Positions 59,393 to 64,000 of a DNA stretch of 64,000 bases are shown piece after piece. Location: positions 25,134,560-25,198,559 of the forward strand of contig NC_134027.1 of the NCBI RefSeq assembly GCF_964204645.1. Direction: 5' to 3'. The translations under genes and the position numbers were made by a program. The notes beneath the pieces were generated by a model. The model made no database searches. It was not told the DNA's origin and saw only the letters and a list, made by a program, of their open reading frames with translations. Each line of letters starts with the position of its first letter. Positions within the stretch are counted from its first letter, which is position 1. The DNA is from Tubulanus polymorphus. Taxonomy: Eukaryota > Animalia > Nemertea.

Positions 59393-60433
59393 ATGGAGTT
59401 TGCAGCATCGATGCAGAGCAATAGCTCGTGGTCATGCCCCGAACCAGAACCAGTACCGTTTTATTACAATCGTTACTACACCGTTGTATACGGTGTGGGT
59501 CCACTTTCCGTCATCGGTCTAACTCTGAACGTGATAACAGTTGTTATATTTAGTCGTTTGCGTAGAGTACACCGTTCTGTTACCTTACTGATGGTCCTGG
59601 CCATCGTAGAGACTGCTTTCCTGCTAAACAAACTCCCGTTTGGACCGCTGAGATACGTGGTGTATCGCCTCATTTACGGGCGTTACGTGTTTCAGCGACG
59701 TTCCTTCCACATCTTTCCACACTTGCTACACGGGTTGGCGATTGCTAACACTACGCTTCTCGCCACTCGTAACTGGGTGACAGTTTTGATTCAAATCGAG
59801 CGCCTGTTAATATTACTTTTCCCGTTAAAGGCGCCGACAGTGATTACACCGCGTCGATTAATTGCATTCAGCGCATCGATGAGCTTTGTAATTTTCCTGT
59901 TAAAGATGTTAGACTGGTTGTTCCAACCGACGCTCGAAGTTATTACCACTGGATGTCCAGCCCTGGATACCGTCATCGTCGTAAAAACTTTTAAGGGGCG
60001 AGTTGGCGTTCCAATCCAAATCATAAAGCGCATCTCCATCACACTTATACCCGTATTGCTGACCGTTCTCATCGATACGTCCTTGCTAATATGGCTCACA
60101 ATTAATAGGAGGCGCCGGCGGTCACTTCTGCGACCGTCAGCGACAGTGCCGCCTGGTGGTGAAACGAATTCAAACTCTCAAACGAAAGCTACTCTTACAG
60201 TTGTTTATATTTGTTCGGTGTTTTTAATTCTAGAATTTCCTCAAGTTTTCATTACGATAGCCAGACATTTATTTAGGAATAATAAAATTTGGCCGGAATT
60301 CTTTACTGTCGGGGGTTTGACTACTTTACTCAATTCTTGTATTAACTTCTTTATATACATCGCAGTCAATAAGAACTTCAGAAAAACACTATTTGCAATC
60401 GCTTCTCGTAACAAAAACAAACAAATTCTATGA
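59393..60433 (+). CDS. Intronless rhodopsin-class GPCR, FMRFamide/sex-peptide-receptor-like
   Basis: Seven hydrophobic segments; GLTLNVIT (TM1), LMVLAIVE (TM2), RNWVTVLIQIERL..LFPLK (TM3), FLILEFP (TM6), LLNSCINFFIY..NKNFRK (TM7/H8); N-glycosylation sequon near the N-terminus. Confidence 0.88.
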   Translation: MEFAASMQSNSSWSCPEPEPVPFYYNRYYTVVYGVGPLSVIGLTLNVITVVIFSRLRRVHRSVTLLMVLAIVETAFLLNKLPFGPLRYVVYRLIYGRYVFQRRSFHIFPHLLHGLAIANTTLLATRNWVTVLIQIERLLILLFPLKAPTVITPRRLIAFSASMSFVIFLLKMLDWLFQPTLEVITTGCPALDTVIVVKTFKGRVGVPIQIIKRISITLIPVLLTVLIDTSLLIWLTINRRRRRSLLRPSATVPPGGETNSNSQTKATLTVVYICSVFLILEFPQVFITIARHLFRNNKIWPEFFTVGGLTTLLNSCINFFIYIAVNKNFRKTLFAIASRNKNKQIL

Positions 60434-61374
60434 AAATTATTATCTAGTAGATTAATCCTAAAAAGACTATTCGCAACAAAACCATCCAGAGTCAAAATCG
60501 AAGACCGGGTTCGAACCAAGGACAAATGGACAGCCCTATCTATTCATGATTATAGCCCCTATTACCAGGACCATTCACAGTAGACGGGCCGAACCTGGAA
60601 CCCTATTTTCCTCTATCCCAGTTTAAGACCTCTCAACGGGGTCTCGTATCAGAGTTGTGGATAGACGGGTTTCCTGCTAGTTTATATAATGATATAATAT
60701 ATGAAATATAATAATTGATTTTTAGGAATAATTGATAAGGTAAATTATTTAAAAGATGTCCTCGAAACGGAACCTTACTGACGCGTAGGGTGTCATCTGA
60801 ACCGCCGTACGGTCGTAATACCGATAATAACCGTTCAGTTTAGCGCGGAGATTCGGGTAAAGATACCGAATCATCATTACAGATTTCACGCCCAAATTCG
60901 CGTATAGTGTTCGGTCTGCTGCAGGTGATTTCCGTGTGCGATCCTGTGCATGCGAAAATCGTCCCGATCGAACATGCTTGATAGTGTCACAGCGAATATA
61001 TTCGCATTGCGTCCGTGAGATGCAATTTTCGCTACGACCCATATAGATTAAAATATACAAAACCAGGCCAATCGCTGACAAGCTTTAAATCTCGTGTTGA
61101 ACTCGATTTCCCAGCGCCGCATGTGGTAGTATAACAACGTCGAATTTGTATATGGTTTTTGGTGGGAACTAGTGAAATTCTACAACAAACCGAACTCGGT
61201 TTTTTTTCACTACTAGAATCTGAACCAGTAGCGTGAGAGCTCGTTCGAACTTTAGGACAGCGACATCGCTGGTCATCCGTAATTCAGCAATTAACACCAC
61301 TGGGACTTTTAGCTGCGCTATCCCATCCTCGCTTGCCAGGGGTCCAGTATCACTCCCGAACTCGCTTCCACCAG

Positions 61375-61597
61375 CCCCCTGGCCTCACGAAGCGTGATTT
61401 CATTACTGGCGCTGTTGCGCATGACGTCATATATCGATTTGCGAAATACTTCCTTGTTCGGTAAAACGTTCGCTGATTGGTCCATTTAACGGGAAAACCA
61501 ACAGAAGTCTACTGTCGGTTTGTTACAAGCGCTGTGATTGGTACGACCGGATTCTGGTCGGCTAGTAACGACTCCAACGACTCGTGAGGTCAAGGGG
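61375..61597. mobile_element. Small MITE-like element
   Basis: ccccctggcctcacga ... tcgtgaggtcaagggg inverted ends. Confidence 0.5.
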
Positions 61598-63578
61598 TTC
61601 GGAGAACAGCTTTAGCGTAGTAGGTTCGAATCCCTTGACGGGTGAAGATGCGCTATCCCTGCTACAGAAATCCGTGCCATCAATGAGACAGTAACACTAA
61701 ACATGTATCAGCAAGAATCTTTACCAAAAGCAATATTTTTATTACCCAAAATTAAGCCATTACATTGCAACCTCAGTAGTGCTTTATCAGTAACAATAAT
61801 AATGCAACATAACAAAATGCGAGCAACCGATAAATTCACCAGTTTCATATCAATTAATTATCGCGATTAATTACAAACCACTCAAATATATCAAACCAAT
61901 TAAAATCTGCTATTTCCTCTTCTCGCTTACATCTCACAATATACTGCAGAATTCTCATAATTTTTTCAAAAGTTCCCTAGAAAAAAACCCCCGCGTTATC
62001 CAAACAAAATACCTAGTAGAGTATAATCCTGTACACTGTGGCCATTTCACAGTTAACCAGTCCAGTCCGTTGTTCTCTGAGGAACCCCTTCATCGTCTAA
62101 TATTCAGAATGCAGTTAAGACAGCAAGCTTTGAAGGACAATCGGTTGACTGGAAATTTCCAACAGGTGCCAGTTACACAGACAAAGGCCAAGTCAAGACT
62201 GATCTAAGAGATGTCGTAGTTCTATAGCCAATCTAACACCTGGTAACCTAAGACAAACTCCTTCTGATTCTACAAGAGAACCCACTAAATTCAAATTATT
62301 TGAAACCAACGAAATACATTCAACTGGTTTTTTTCATAAATCTAGGTTAAACATATTTTACATGCATTTATGTGTAGATGGACTGAAAATACATGTATGA
62401 GAGTATACACGATAGTTAAAAATCCGGATTAAGTGGACTTTTCTGTAAACTAACAATGTAAGATCAGTCCAATCTCATTCCAAACTAACAAGACTGATAA
62501 TTTTGCGCCTTAACAATGCATTTAATAATCACTCAACTTGGTCCAGCGGGGATACGTGGTGTAACCCAGTTCTGAAAAGCACAAAGCTAAAGCACATGTA
62601 CAGTTAAGCTCGCCTAACTCGGACTGGAAAAATTGGACCGGGTTCAGCAAAGTCCGATAGGAAAATACGTTAGGAAGTCAGAACAATCATTTTGTTATTG
62701 TCAGAGTTGGTCAAAAGTCGGTCCTGTCCGAGCAAGGTGAGGTTTACTGTTTATAGAAATACATTTTTGTCAGTTTTTAAATGTTTACATTATAGCGATA
62801 TCTTAGATTTGTAAGACCCGGTAAACACATACATAATAACATTATATTGATGATAATCAGTGGCGCTTTACAAAATCCCATGACCCACAAGAGTGATAGA
62901 AATGTGGTTTTACAGTTCATGGTTTTCTTCTGGTGTAAAATATCAGAGACACCGGCGATATACGATAGACCTTTTTACAACGTGCTCTAAATTATTCAGC
63001 ATTATATTTTTTTTCTCACTGGACCTCAATTTTGGCGAGTAGATAATGACTATATTCACAGAACCGATTGCTGGACCGGTCTCAAGACTGCAGAAACTAA
63101 ATGAATTCAAAACCTCATTTTCAGGCGAGACCGGGGCGTCTTAAAAATAGAATTTCCCCTGAACCGACCTGATTTTGATTTTACTCTTAGAAATATATAA
63201 AGAAATCTATCTGGATTGATCTGGAGCCAGTTGAAGTCGTGGCTCAGATTTAAGACCAGTCCAAGACCATCTTAGTTCTTTAGCCAACCTAGCATCTTAA
63301 GACCAGTTGACTCTACCAAAAGGTTAAAACATCAAAAACATACGAAATGAACTTTAGCGTCCAGAGTCCAGTTTCACGCGAAAGTTAAACTCAAATTTCA
63401 GGTTTAATTTCAACGAGGACAACATTTCAAACACGAACATGTCAACTTTCAATTCATTCATGAAACTGAACCCTGGACTCGTTTTTAGAAGCTACGGAAA
63501 CGACCTCCGCGGACCGGTCTCAGACCGAAATTTCAGAGTTTAAAGGCCCCGAACGACTCTAACAGCGGAAGCGAAACG

Positions 63579-63878
<300 letters not shown>

Positions 63879-64000
63879 TCATATTTATAAGTACAGTCGA
63901 CTCCCGATATACCGCCCTCCCCGCCTGCCGTCAGGTTTTCTCAATCTACATCTCTATACAAATACAAAGTAAAACACCCCCGATATACCGCCCTGCCATA

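Noticed and set aside
60749-61100. Possible GPCR pseudogene fragment on the minus strand
   Set aside because: Only a vague TM4-like phrase (LAWFCIF*SIWVVA) in broken frames; insufficient support.
61600-61660. tRNA gene suggested by B-box-like GGTTCGAATCCC at 61623-61634
   Set aside because: No cloverleaf, acceptor stem or convincing A-box; at most a SINE remnant.

Overview
AT-rich, intron-rich eukaryotic DNA from an animal, probably a lophotrochozoan invertebrate (inferred from the gene and transposon content). Host genes: mitochondrial leucyl-tRNA synthetase LARS2 (1.0-9.0 kb, +), a NERD1-like FG-GAP beta-propeller membrane protein (33.3-39.1 kb, +), a secreted CUB-LDLa protein (41.0-45.2 kb, -), a long disordered protein of unknown function (49.4-55.3 kb, +), a disrupted intronless CUB-CUB-GRL101/LGR-type GPCR (56.3-58.1 kb), an intronless FMRFamide-receptor-like GPCR (59.4-60.4 kb) and the last coding exon of METAP2 (63.6-63.8 kb, -). 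The 9-33 kb interval is mostly repeats: a 5'-truncated LINE, LINE and Penelope relics, MITEs, a ~116-bp satellite, a telomere-like tract and a decayed partial copy of the NERD1-like gene. Two signals are absent from the ORF track. The first is a complete spliced gene at 29.2-30.3 kb encoding a 63-aa signal-pro-KR precursor of a 33-aa six-cysteine peptide resembling sea-anemone beta-defensin-fold toxins, but with an unusual CxC-x15-CC-x6-CC framework. The second is a pair of 62-nt candidate terminal exons of the CUB-LDLa gene that both encode a KLPWWKR cationic, Trp-rich tail. All gene models were built by eye from GT-AG sites and frame continuity; no database searches were run.
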